The notes: generated by a model not told the origin, from the sequence alone. A stretch of DNA of 64,000 nt from an uncultured Acidimicrobiia bacterium (GCA_964370965.1 CAYJLW010000001.1:98084-162083), one strand, 5' to 3'; numbered from the stretch's first letter, positions 55,640-64,000 are shown. Numbers and translations are program-made.

Positions 55640-56653
55640 TCACGACAGCACCGTGAGCCCCACGGCAGCGACGCGGGAGGAGAACTCGCGCAATCGGGAC
55701 GCGTGAACCAAGACCTGGTTCGGCGCTTCCGGATCGATCAGGACTGCTTCTTGGACCACGAGAACCTCCGGTCTGAGGGTGACTGCGAGATAGCCCGTTG
55801 CCGACCGGAACTTCTCCAGTTTGTCGACAGCGTCACGGTGGAGGATTTCGCAGAAGACATGCGGCCTCTGCTCGGCAAGGAGTCTCTCCGCTCCCTTCAG
55901 CACCTCATATTCGAGGCTCTCGACATCGACCTTGACAACATCCACGGGCAGGTCAAGATCCTTGACTGCAAAGTCGAGCGTTACGATGTCGACATCGTGG
56001 GAATCGGCGATGGTCTCCTTGAAGTGAGGGTTGAGGGATGCGCTTGTCTCGACGAGACCAAAGCTCTGCGGGGGAACGTGCAGCGTTGCCGTCCCCTCTC
56101 CGGCACCCACTGCCACGCGTCTGACCACCACGTTCGACAGGAGTCCGTTCAAGCGGAGGTTGGACTCCAAGAGATCGGCAATCGGCTTCAGCGGTTCGAA
56201 AGCGAGCACGCGGGCCCTTGGGGCCACGGTAGCCCCGAGGAGGGTGTAGAAGCCCGAGTTGGCCCCGACATCGATCACAGCGCATGTCGTGTTTCGGACA
56301 AGGGCTGCGAAGACATCGGGGAGCGGCCTTTCGAAGGCCGACCATCCGCGCCCCCATAGCGATTCCGCGATCTGGTCGCGCCCCGCGCAAGAATCTCTCG
56401 TGCGCATCAAGAAGGAGCTGAACGGCCGGATGTACGCGGGTACGCGCACTCTGACCACATTCCCAGTTTGAGATGTGGCATAGGCGATCTTCTGAGCGAG
56501 CCCATTCTCGCCGATGATCCCAAGGGCACCAGCGAGTCGCAATCCAAGCGCGGGATAGCGGCACACAAACCGCATGAATTCCGCTCGAGCCGCAAGACGC
56601 CGCGGTGACACGGCCAATTCGGAGTCCTTGGGGTCGGATTCGATGGCTGACAC
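55640..56653 (-). CDS. FkbM-family methyltransferase
   Basis: IDVGANSGFY, AFEP, VKVDVESLEYEVLKG. Confidence 0.9.
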   Translation of the reverse strand: MSAIESDPKDSELAVSPRRLAARAEFMRFVCRYPALGLRLAGALGIIGENGLAQKIAYATSQTGNVVRVRVPAYIRPFSSFLMRTRDSCAGRDQIAESLWGRGWSAFERPLPDVFAALVRNTTCAVIDVGANSGFYTLLGATVAPRARVLAFEPLKPIADLLESNLRLNGLLSNVVVRRVAVGAGEGTATLHVPPQSFGLVETSASLNPHFKETIADSHDVDIVTLDFAVKDLDLPVDVVKVDVESLEYEVLKGAERLLAEQRPHVFCEILHRDAVDKLEKFRSATGYLAVTLRPEVLVVQEAVLIDPEAPNQVLVHASRLREFSSRVAAVGLTVLS

Positions 56654-56665
56654 AGGAGCAGTCTC

Positions 56666-57601
56666 CTAGCGACCGTTGTTATCGAGGACATCGAGCACCC
56701 AGGCCATGATGAGGAACTGGGCACCCAGCAACAGGGGGGCGACCGAGAGCAGTACGGTTCCCGTGGAGGCTACCGGCGGCCCGATCGTCTCGACCACAAC
56801 CCAGATGCCGAAGCCGACACCCCACGCGGTGAGGGCGAGTCCCAGACCGAGGAACATGGCGACCGGCGAGAAGGACCAGAGGACGTACTTCCAGAGCATC
56901 CGTCGCCAGAAGCCCACGAAGAACGTCCACAGGAGGGCGAAGCTCGCCCGGGGGAGGCGGATGCCGGAGACCTCGTCGCCGTAGACGGCGGGGACCGCCA
57001 CGTCAGTGGCCCGGGCCCGCAGGATGTTCAGGCGGATCATGAGGTCGCACTCGAAGGAGTAGTCCCGCCGGATGTCGTCGAGCGGGAGCCGCCGGATCAT
57101 GTCCGTGGTGAGCGCCGTGTAGCCGTTCAGCGGGTCGAAGAGGTTCCAGTAGCCGGTTGCCGCCTTGGCGAGGAAGCTCACGAAGACGTTCCCTAAGATC
57201 CTGGTACGGGGCATCCCCTTGAAGGACAGGAAGCTGAAGAACCGGTTGGCCTTCGCGAAGTCGTAGCCCTCGGTGCAGATCTTGTGGAGGATGTCGGGGA
57301 GGTAGTCGGGGTCCATCTGCGCGTCGCCCGCCATCACGACCGAGATGTCGACGTCGAGCTCCACCGCCCGCCGGTGGCCCGTGAGGACAGCGCCTCCCAC
57401 TCCCTGGTTCCTCTCCAGCGTGACCACCTCCACCCGGGGGTCACCTGCCGCCCAGGCCTTCTCGGCCGTGGAGTCCGTGCTGGCGTCGTCGATGACGATG
57501 ACGTGGTCGACGAGGTCCGGCATCGTCGTGATCGTCCTGGCGATCAGGGTCTCTTCGTTGTGGGCGGGGACGACCACGGCAACGCGACGGCCTTCGTACA
57601 T
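56666..57601 (-). CDS. DPM1-like GT2 with C-terminal TMs
   Basis: VVVPAHNEE, IDDASTD, NQGVGGA, MAGDAQMD, AKANRF, DPLNGY; TGATG overlap with the upstream oxidoreductase. Confidence 0.88.
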   Translation of the reverse strand: MYEGRRVAVVVPAHNEETLIARTITTMPDLVDHVIVIDDASTDSTAEKAWAAGDPRVEVVTLERNQGVGGAVLTGHRRAVELDVDISVVMAGDAQMDPDYLPDILHKICTEGYDFAKANRFFSFLSFKGMPRTRILGNVFVSFLAKAATGYWNLFDPLNGYTALTTDMIRRLPLDDIRRDYSFECDLMIRLNILRARATDVAVPAVYGDEVSGIRLPRASFALLWTFFVGFWRRMLWKYVLWSFSPVAMFLGLGLALTAWGVGFGIWVVVETIGPPVASTGTVLLSVAPLLLGAQFLIMAWVLDVLDNNGR

Positions 57602-58551
57602 CAGGCCTGCTTCGCCGCCGCCAGGATGCGGTCGCACAGCTCCAGAGCGGCGCGCCCGGCGCGCCCGTCGACGACAAGCTCGCCCTGCCCGCTGACGGCG
57701 GCGACGAAACGCTCCAACTCCAGCCAGAGCGGCTCACCGCGATGGGACAGGTAGGGCACCTCGACGATCGAGGTCTCCCGGAGCTGGCGTGCGCCGTCGT
57801 CGAAGTACTCCACGGAGGCCTGCCGGCGGACGGTGATGTCCTGGCGGAGGAGATCGACCTCGACGACGGAGTCCTCCTGGACGACGTCGAGGCGGCGGAC
57901 CTTGTGCTGGGCGATCCGGCTCACGGTGAGCTGGGCGACCAGCCCGGACGCGAAGCGGATCGTCGCCGTGGCGACGTCCTCGCTGTCGGAGCGCACGTTC
58001 GTGGCCTCGGCGTGCACGGCCACAGGTTCCGAGCCGGCCAGGCTGAGGACGAGGTCGACGTCGTGGATCATGAGGTCCCGGATCACACCCTCGGAGATGC
58101 GGGCCGTGTAGGGGCTGAGACGCTGTGTCTGGATGAACAGGGGCTTGTCGACGAAGAGGGGCAGGTCGAGGCAGACCGGGTTGAAGCGCTCCACGTGGCC
58201 CACCCCGAGGAGCTTGCCGGCCCGGTCGGCGGCGGCGATGAGGTCGTCGGCTTCCGGCACCGTGGCGGCCACCGGCTTCTCGACGAGGAGATGGACGCCC
58301 ATCTCCAACAGGGCGACTCCGAGGCCGAGATGCGCCTCTGTGGGGACGGCGAGGACGGCGGCGTCGGCGGCCCCCGCGACGTCTGAGAGATCCGTGCTCC
58401 ACGCGCAGCCGTGGCCGGCGGCGAGGTGCTTCGCCCTGTCGGGATCGCAGTCGACGACGAGGGCGAGTCGGGCGCCGGGCAGCATCGAGAGGATGCGGGC
58501 ATGGTTGGCGCCCATGGCGCCGCAACCGACCACGGCGGTCTCCACGATCAC
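57601..58551 (-). CDS. Gfo/Idh/MocA oxidoreductase, WbpB/WlbA-like
   Basis: VVGCGAMG, LVEKP, GHVERFNP, DLMIHDVD. Confidence 0.85.
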   Translation of the reverse strand: MIVETAVVGCGAMGANHARILSMLPGARLALVVDCDPDRAKHLAAGHGCAWSTDLSDVAGAADAAVLAVPTEAHLGLGVALLEMGVHLLVEKPVAATVPEADDLIAAADRAGKLLGVGHVERFNPVCLDLPLFVDKPLFIQTQRLSPYTARISEGVIRDLMIHDVDLVLSLAGSEPVAVHAEATNVRSDSEDVATATIRFASGLVAQLTVSRIAQHKVRRLDVVQEDSVVEVDLLRQDITVRRQASVEYFDDGARQLRETSIVEVPYLSHRGEPLWLELERFVAAVSGQGELVVDGRAGRAALELCDRILAAAKQA

Positions 58552-59648
58552 GCCACGGCCTCCTTCACGGCGTGGGCGATCCGGGCGAGGTCGCGTTCCT
58601 GCAGGGCCGGGTGCACAGGAAGGGACAGTACGCGGGCGGCGGCGTCGCGTGCCCGCTCCAGGGGACCGGCCGCGCGGACCTGCGGGTGGTCCCGGTATAC
58701 GCCGAGATCGCTCATCACCTGGGGGTAGTAGACACCGCAGCCCACGCCACGTTCTGCCAGTGCGCTTACGACGGCATCCCTGTCGAGGGACGGGTCGAGC
58801 AGGATCGTGTACTGGTGCCAGGCGTGCGTCCTCCCAGTGGGGGAGCCGGGAGTCGTCACGCGTGCGACTCCGGTCAGGGCGGCGTTCAGGGATTCGGCGT
58901 TGCGCCGGCGGGCCTCGGTCCAGGCGGGCAGGCGTTTGAGCTGCGCCCGGCCGATGGCGGCGGCGACGTCGGTCATGCGCAGGTTCGTGCCCACGGCGAC
59001 GTACTCGTAGCGGGACCGCATCCCTTGGTTGCGCAGCACGCGCACGCTATCCGCGATCACGTCGTCGTCCGTGGTGACGGCCCCCCCCTCACCGGTGGTC
59101 ATGTTCTTGGTGGGGTAGAACGAGAAGCAGCCCGCGATGCCCAGGGACCCGGCGGGGTTGCCGCCGAGAGTGGCGAGGTGCGCCTGGGCGGCATCCTCGA
59201 GCACGGGAAGGGCGCACCTGCCCAGGGCGTCGACGTCCGCGCAGAGGCCGAAGAGATGCACGGGCAGGACCAGCTTCGTGCGTGGCGTGACGGCATCGAG
59301 GGCCGCCGCGGGGTCGAGCGTGAAGTCGTCACTGACGTCCACGAGCACCGCCGTGGCGCCGGAACGGATGACGGCGTTCACGGTCGCCGCGAACGTGAAG
59401 GGGGACGTGACCACCTCGTCGCCCGCTCCGACGTCGAGGGCGGCAAGGGCGAGCTCCAGGGCCGCCGTGCCCGAAGACACGGCCACCGCGTGGCGGGTGC
59501 CGCTGAGGTCCGCGGCGAGCTCCTCCTCGAAGGCGGCGACCTCGGCCCCCTGGGCGAGCCGACCGCTGCACAGGACGCGGTCGACGGCGGAGCGTTCCTC
59601 GTCCCCGATCAACGGCTGGGCCACCGAGATTGTGGCGGCTCGGGTCAC
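58548..59648 (-). CDS. DegT/DnrJ/EryC1/StrS aminotransferase, WbpE/WlbC-like
   Basis: SSGTAAL, PVHLFG, EDAAQA, SFYPTKNMTTGEGG, WHQY; GTG start overlaps the upstream TGA. Confidence 0.92.
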   Translation of the reverse strand: MTRAATISVAQPLIGDEERSAVDRVLCSGRLAQGAEVAAFEEELAADLSGTRHAVAVSSGTAALELALAALDVGAGDEVVTSPFTFAATVNAVIRSGATAVLVDVSDDFTLDPAAALDAVTPRTKLVLPVHLFGLCADVDALGRCALPVLEDAAQAHLATLGGNPAGSLGIAGCFSFYPTKNMTTGEGGAVTTDDDVIADSVRVLRNQGMRSRYEYVAVGTNLRMTDVAAAIGRAQLKRLPAWTEARRRNAESLNAALTGVARVTTPGSPTGRTHAWHQYTILLDPSLDRDAVVSALAERGVGCGVYYPQVMSDLGVYRDHPQVRAAGPLERARDAAARVLSLPVHPALQERDLARIAHAVKEAVA

Positions 59649-60187
59649 GGGAGCTCCAGTGTCGTGGCGCAGCCTCCGCATGCGCTGCCCGGACCCCCGG
59701 GGACAGGGCGCCCGCAACGGCACACCCACCCCACGGGCCGGGCGGGACTGCCCACCACGAGTCGGTGCGGGGCCACGTCGGCCGTGACGACTGCCCCGGC
59801 CCCTACTGTCGCCCATTCCCCGACTGTCACTCCGCACACGATCGTGGCGTTGGCGCCGATGGCGGCTCCGCGACGCACGAGCGTGGGCGTGATCCCCCAG
59901 TCCTCGTTGACCGCTCTCGGGTAGAGGTCATTCGTGAACGTGGCCGCAGGGCCCACGAACACCTCGTCCTGGAGGGTGACGCCAGCGTAGACGGACACGA
60001 AGTTCTGGACCTTGCAGCGGTCGCCGATGGCAACCCCGGCGTCCACGTATGACGACTTCCCGATGACGCAGTCCGCGCCGACGACGGCGCCGGCGCGGAC
60101 ATGGGCGAAATGCCAGATCCTCGTGCCGGGGCCCACTTCGGCGCCTTCCTCGACGACGGCTGTGGAGTGAACAATGGGGGCACCCAC
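59645..60187 (-). CDS. LbH N-acetyltransferase, WbpD/WlbB-like
   Basis: IWHFAHV, IGDRCKVQN..SVY, FTNDLYPRA, IGANATIVCG, GSPAR; TATCTT 6 nt upstream. Confidence 0.9.
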   Translation of the reverse strand: MGAPIVHSTAVVEEGAEVGPGTRIWHFAHVRAGAVVGADCVIGKSSYVDAGVAIGDRCKVQNFVSVYAGVTLQDEVFVGPAATFTNDLYPRAVNEDWGITPTLVRRGAAIGANATIVCGVTVGEWATVGAGAVVTADVAPHRLVVGSPARPVGWVCRCGRPVPGGPGSACGGCATTLELP

Positions 60188-60232
60188 GTCGCCAAGATAG
60201 CTCGCCCGTGCCGGACCTCCGGGGTCACCCCT

Positions 60233-60859
60233 TCACCCCACCCACTCGGCGTGGTCGGCCATATCGAGGAGGTCACGGTCTCCGGAGGAGTCGCCGTAGG
60301 CCCAGAGCTCCACGGGGGTCCCGCCCAGCCACGCCCGCAGGAGGCGGGCCTTCTCCGGGCCGCGCACGTTGGGGCCGAGGAGGCGGCCCGTGAGGTGGCC
60401 GCCGGCGACCTCGAGGCGGGTGGAGATGACGTGGTCGGCACCGAGGCGGGCGGAGACGTGGCGGAGGTAGACGTCGAGGGACGCCGAGACGATCACGATC
60501 TCGTGGCCGTCGTGGCGGTGCTGCGCGAGGCGCGCCAGGGTGTCGACCCGGAGACGACGGGCGTCGACGCGGGCGGCGAAGGACTCCCCGGCGGCGAGGT
60601 AGGCGTCCTCCGGGAAGCCGGTGAGGAGGCGGGCCACGAACGCCGCCTTCAGGGCGTCGCGGTCGCCCCGGCCGGCGGCCACACGAGCCACGGGCACGGC
60701 CTCGGCAGTCGCGGTGACGAGCAGGCGCCCCGCGCCCCGCAGGAAGCGCAGGAAGGGCACGAACGTGTCCCGGCGGGTGAGGGTGCCGTCGAAGTCGAAC
60801 GCCGCCACCCGGCGCAAGGAAGCGCCGTCCGCGGGGCCTTCAGCGGGCAACGTAGACAC
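60233..60859 (-). CDS. HAD-IB family phosphatase
   Basis: FDFDGTLT, IVSAS, GPEK, YGDSSGD. Confidence 0.9.
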   Translation of the reverse strand: MSTLPAEGPADGASLRRVAAFDFDGTLTRRDTFVPFLRFLRGAGRLLVTATAEAVPVARVAAGRGDRDALKAAFVARLLTGFPEDAYLAAGESFAARVDARRLRVDTLARLAQHRHDGHEIVIVSASLDVYLRHVSARLGADHVISTRLEVAGGHLTGRLLGPNVRGPEKARLLRAWLGGTPVELWAYGDSSGDRDLLDMADHAEWVG

Positions 60860-61799
60860 CGCCGGCGTAGACGCCCAGCCAGCAGAGGCTGATCACCTGG
60901 AGGGTGCGGTCGCCGAGGACGACGTCTTCCGGGGTGGCGCCCTTGCCGGTCTCCAGGAGAAACGCGTAGCGCAGGATGGCGAGGACGAAGGGCACGATCG
61001 AGAGCTGGTACCAAGGGAAGCCGCCGGGGCTCTTCGTCGCCTGCTCGAAGGCCCAGAGGCAGTAGGCGAGGATCGTGACGCCCGACGCCATCGACCACAC
61101 GTAGCGGAGGTACGTGACGGAGTACTCGCCCAGCGTGGAGCGGGCGTGCACGCGGTCTTCGCCGAGGTCGATGTGCTCGCCGTGGCGCTTCCCGGACACC
61201 ATGAAGAGGGACCCGAAGGACGCCACGATGAGGAACCACTCCGAGATCGGGACGTCGGTGGCGACACCGCCGGCGACCGCCCGGATGATGAACCCGGAGG
61301 CGACGGCGGCGAGGTCCACGACGGTCACGGTCTTGAGCCAGAGTGTGTAGGACGTGGTGACCGCCACGTACGCCGCCGCGACGCCGACGAACTGGAGGCG
61401 CACGAGGGCGGCGACGCCGAAGCCGGCCAGGAGGAGCGCCACGCCCACGGCGACCGCCAGCCAGACCGGCACGATCCCGGCGGCGACGGGCCGGTGGCGC
61501 TTCTCAGGGTGCGCCCGGTCGGCCTCGGCGTCGCGGGCGTCGTTGAGGAAGTACGTACCCGAGGCGACGAGGCAGAAGGCGACGAAGGCGAGGCCGGCCT
61601 CGGCGAGCACCGGACCCTCGGTGAGGACCCCGCCGGCGCCGGGGGCGGCGAAGACGAGGAGGTTCTTCAACCACTGCTTGGGACGGGCCGAGCGCAGGAG
61701 GCCTCTACCGAGTGATCCGGGCCGGGGCGCGCCGGCGTCCTCGGGAGACCCCGGAGCAGCCGGGGAGGGGGGAGAGTCGTGCGAGGAGACCTCGGCCAA
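60840..61799 (-). CDS. Polyprenyl-phosphate phosphoribosyltransferase (Rv3806c-like UbiA superfamily)
   Basis: RPKQWLKNLLVF, YFLNDARD..ADRAHPEKRHRP.A.G, KRHGE, PEDVVLGD; TTG 61799 chosen from a -10 TACAAT at 61842-61837. Confidence 0.9.
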   Translation of the reverse strand: MAEVSSHDSPPSPAAPGSPEDAGAPRPGSLGRGLLRSARPKQWLKNLLVFAAPGAGGVLTEGPVLAEAGLAFVAFCLVASGTYFLNDARDAEADRAHPEKRHRPVAAGIVPVWLAVAVGVALLLAGFGVAALVRLQFVGVAAAYVAVTTSYTLWLKTVTVVDLAAVASGFIIRAVAGGVATDVPISEWFLIVASFGSLFMVSGKRHGEHIDLGEDRVHARSTLGEYSVTYLRYVWSMASGVTILAYCLWAFEQATKSPGGFPWYQLSIVPFVLAILRYAFLLETGKGATPEDVVLGDRTLQVISLCWLGVYAGGVYVAR

Positions 61800-61886
61800 G
61801 GCGGGACCTTCGGGTGGGCCGGGCAGGGGCGGCGGGATTGTACCGGTGTTCCTTCTCGGCCCTCGGGCGCGAATCCCCCCGGTGTG

Positions 61887-61915
61887 TTGCCCTTGCCCCG
61901 AGTTGTGCCTACAAT
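61887..61915 (+). promoter_or_regulatory. SigA-type promoter for the transaldolase-like/rho operon, back-to-back with a minus-strand TACAAT (61842-61837)
   Basis: TTGCCC (61887-92), 17-nt spacer, TACAAT (61910-15). Confidence 0.65.
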
Positions 61916-62091
61916 GTGGCGCCCCCCCGTCCACTGATCGGTCTCCCGGTGACACTCGCGGAGACCGGGTCGGGCAGGTACGGGAGGCGCAGTTCCCACC
62001 GTCCCGCTCCCTCGGGCACGTCCTTGCTCGACGCCGCAGGCGTCAACTCGTCCCGGGGGTGCAAGGCCGGTTCCGCATCACGGAGAACCAC

Positions 62092-62997
62092 GTGAAGCTC
62101 TTCCTCGAAACCGCCAGCCTGCGAGAGGCGCAGGACGTCGCGGGCTGGGGCGTCCTGTCGGGCGTGACCACCACCCCCACGCTGTGCGCCGCGGAGGGCG
62201 TCGACGTCCGCCAGCGAGCCCTCGAGATCGCCCAGGTGGTCGCCGGCCCCGTGGCCGTGAGCATCCAGGGCGAACGCCGCGTCGACCTCGTCGAGAACGC
62301 CAAGGAGATCGCCGCTCTCGCCGAGAACGTCGTCGTGCAGCTCCCCGTGGGCGTCGAGGGTCTCGCCGCCTGCCGGGTTCTCGCCGAGTCCGGGATCAGC
62401 GTCGCCCTCACGCTCGTGTTCTCCGGCGCCCAGGCCCTCCTGTGCGCCGCCGCCGGGGCCGCATACTGCTGCCCCTACCTCGGTCGCCTCGACGACGTCG
62501 GGGCCGACGGCATGGCGCTCCTCGAGGACATCGTGCAGATCTACGCGGTGCAGGGTTTCGCCACCGAGGTGGTGGCGTCGTCCCTGCGCAACCCCGCCCA
62601 CGTGGTGGGGGCAGCCCGGGCCGGGTGTGACGCCGCCGCCGTCCCCCACGAGGTGTTGCGCCAGATGGCCAGTCACCCTCTCACAGACCTGGGCGCCGCC
62701 CGCTTCGGCGAAGACCTGGCGCGCATCGGTCTCGGCGGGCCCGGTTACGACCGGGGGGCCTTCGCCCCCCCGCCGGCCATGGCGCCAACCACGACCGTGC
62801 AGCCCCCCGGCGTGTCGGTGCAGCCGACCCTCGTGCCCGCGCCCCCGCCGGCGGGGGCCCCGGCGCCCGGATACCCGGGCCCGGTCCCGGCACCGCGCCC
62901 GGTCATGCCGGGCCCGATGCCCGCCCCGCCCGTCACCGGACAGGCGTCAGACCTTCCACACCGACCCGACGGCCGCAACAGGCCGTCAGGCAACTAA
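62092..62997 (+). CDS. TalC/FSA-fold protein lacking catalytic residues, with Pro-rich C-terminal tail
   Basis: KLFLETA, GVTTTPT, VVQLP, TLVFS..QALL.A.AGA.Y..PY.GRLDD, SSLR, HPLTD; GGAG SD before GTG 62092. Confidence 0.88.
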   Translation: MKLFLETASLREAQDVAGWGVLSGVTTTPTLCAAEGVDVRQRALEIAQVVAGPVAVSIQGERRVDLVENAKEIAALAENVVVQLPVGVEGLAACRVLAESGISVALTLVFSGAQALLCAAAGAAYCCPYLGRLDDVGADGMALLEDIVQIYAVQGFATEVVASSLRNPAHVVGAARAGCDAAAVPHEVLRQMASHPLTDLGAARFGEDLARIGLGGPGYDRGAFAPPPAMAPTTTVQPPGVSVQPTLVPAPPPAGAPAPGYPGPVPAPRPVMPGPMPAPPVTGQASDLPHRPDGRNRPSGN

Positions 62998-63011
62998 CGG
63001 GGAGACCCACG

Positions 63012-64000
63012 ATGGAAACGACCACGGAGCGAGCCACACTCGAGACCAAGTCGAAGGCCGACCTGGAGGAGATGGCCAAGGCCATCGGCGTGCGGGTGAC
63101 CACGGCCATGCGCAAGGGCGAGATCGTCTCGGCCATCCTCGACCAGGCGGCTCCCGGGTCCAACGGCGGGGGTGGCGGGAGTTCTGCGTCCGCGGCGACG
63201 TCCAGGGCGACGTCGAACGCGCCGCAGCCCCCGCCGGCTCCGGCTCCGGCCGACGCCAGAGTCGACCCGAAGCCGCCGACGGAGACGGAAGCGAAGGTGC
63301 CCCAGGGAGCGGACAACACCGACACGGGGGCGACGGTCCCGAAGGCCGGCGGGGAACCCGCGGGCGGCGAGAAGCCGTCAGGCGCTCCCGCCGGTGACGG
63401 GGCGTCCTCCGGGGGCGAGAAGGCCTCAGGCGGCGGCTCCGGCCCCGACGCCGGCACGGGCGAGCGCACCGTGCGCCGCGTCGAGCGGGGCGAGGGCGAA
63501 GGCGGCCAGCGCCTCTCGCGCCGGGCCCGCAGAGAACGCAACCGCCGCGGTCAGGGCGGCGGCGGTGGTCAGGGCGGCGGCGGCGGTGGCCAGGGCGGCG
63601 GCGGTCAGGGCCGCGGTCAGGGCGGCGGCGGCCAGGGCCGCGGTCAGGGCGGCGGCGGTGGCGGAGGAGGGGGCAACCAGCGGCGGCCCCACGACCGCCA
63701 GCACGACCGTCAGCAGGACCGTCAGCAGGACCGCGAGCCCCAGGAGGTCGTGGAGCGCCACGGGATCCTCGACGTCCTCCCCGACGGCTACGGCTTCATC
63801 CGCACGAACGGCTTCCTGCCCGGTCGCGACGACGTCTACGTGTCGCTCAGCCAGGTGCGGCGCTTCCACCTCCGGCGGGGGGACGAGATCACCGGCGCCA
63901 TCCGGCCGCCCAAGAGCGACGAGAAGTTCCCGGCGCTGCTGCGCATAGTCGACGTCAACGCCATGGCGCCGGAGCAGGCGTCGGACCGACCCCGCTTCGA
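63012..64000 (+). CDS. rho: Transcription termination factor Rho, 5' part (truncated by window end) with long N-terminal insertion
   Basis: Open frame from ATG 63012 to the window end; N-terminal helical domain (KSKADLEEMAKAIG..MRKGEIVSAI); GILDVLPDGYGFIR, DVYVSLSQVRRF.LR.GD. Confidence 0.97.
   Translation, partial: METTTERATLETKSKADLEEMAKAIGVRVTTAMRKGEIVSAILDQAAPGSNGGGGGSSASAATSRATSNAPQPPPAPAPADARVDPKPPTETEAKVPQGADNTDTGATVPKAGGEPAGGEKPSGAPAGDGASSGGEKASGGGSGPDAGTGERTVRRVERGEGEGGQRLSRRARRERNRRGQGGGGGQGGGGGGQGGGGQGRGQGGGGQGRGQGGGGGGGGGNQRRPHDRQHDRQQDRQQDREPQEVVERHGILDVLPDGYGFIRTNGFLPGRDDVYVSLSQVRRFHLRRGDEITGAIRPPKSDEKFPALLRIVDVNAMAPEQASDRPRF
63549..63737 (+). repeat. Low-complexity coding tandem repeats in rho (GQGGGG/GQGRG units; xDRQ x4)
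   Basis: Repeated GGTCAGGGCGGCGGC-type units at 63549-63672; a 12-bp unit encoding HDRQ-HDRQ-QDRQ-QDRE at 63690-63737. Confidence 0.85.

Noticed and set aside
63012-64000. rho missing from the ORF track, suggesting a pseudogene
   Set aside because: The frame is open to the window edge; it is absent only because no stop codon falls within the window.

Overview
High-GC Actinomycetota chromosomal window; WhiB1, PdtaS, PAC2, DUF3048 and the long-insertion Rho fit a deep-branching lineage such as Acidimicrobiia (inference). The left third is housekeeping and accessory: convergent pdtaS/whiB1, a repair locus (LigD ligase domain, Ku, UdgB), transporters, a FabH-like/acyltransferase pair and a hybrid histidine kinase. 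Next come tRNA-Arg(CCG), lysA, hom and thrC, then a ~32 kb surface-glycan region (rmlAB, wzm/wzt with C-terminal CBM, multi-domain GTs, three GT-C candidates, four methyltransferases, a WbpB/E/D-like trio, polyprenyl-phosphoribose synthase plus HAD), whose ~17 kb core looks visibly less GC-biased. The window ends with a transaldolase homologue and a truncated rho. No CRISPR array, integrase or transposase was seen. Strongest leads: (1) a transaldolase-fold protein lacking the Schiff-base Lys and other catalytic residues, with a Pro-rich tail, 14 nt upstream of rho; (2) a ~165-nt structured ncRNA candidate between convergent genes next to Ku/UdgB; (3) a Cys-less LOV domain on the hybrid kinase; (4) a methyl-cap/coiled-coil-ruler ABC glycan system in a probable monoderm; (5) a terminator-like hairpin plus U8 and a CRP-type site in the whiB1 leader. 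All family calls come from motif recognition by eye; no searches or folding software were run.
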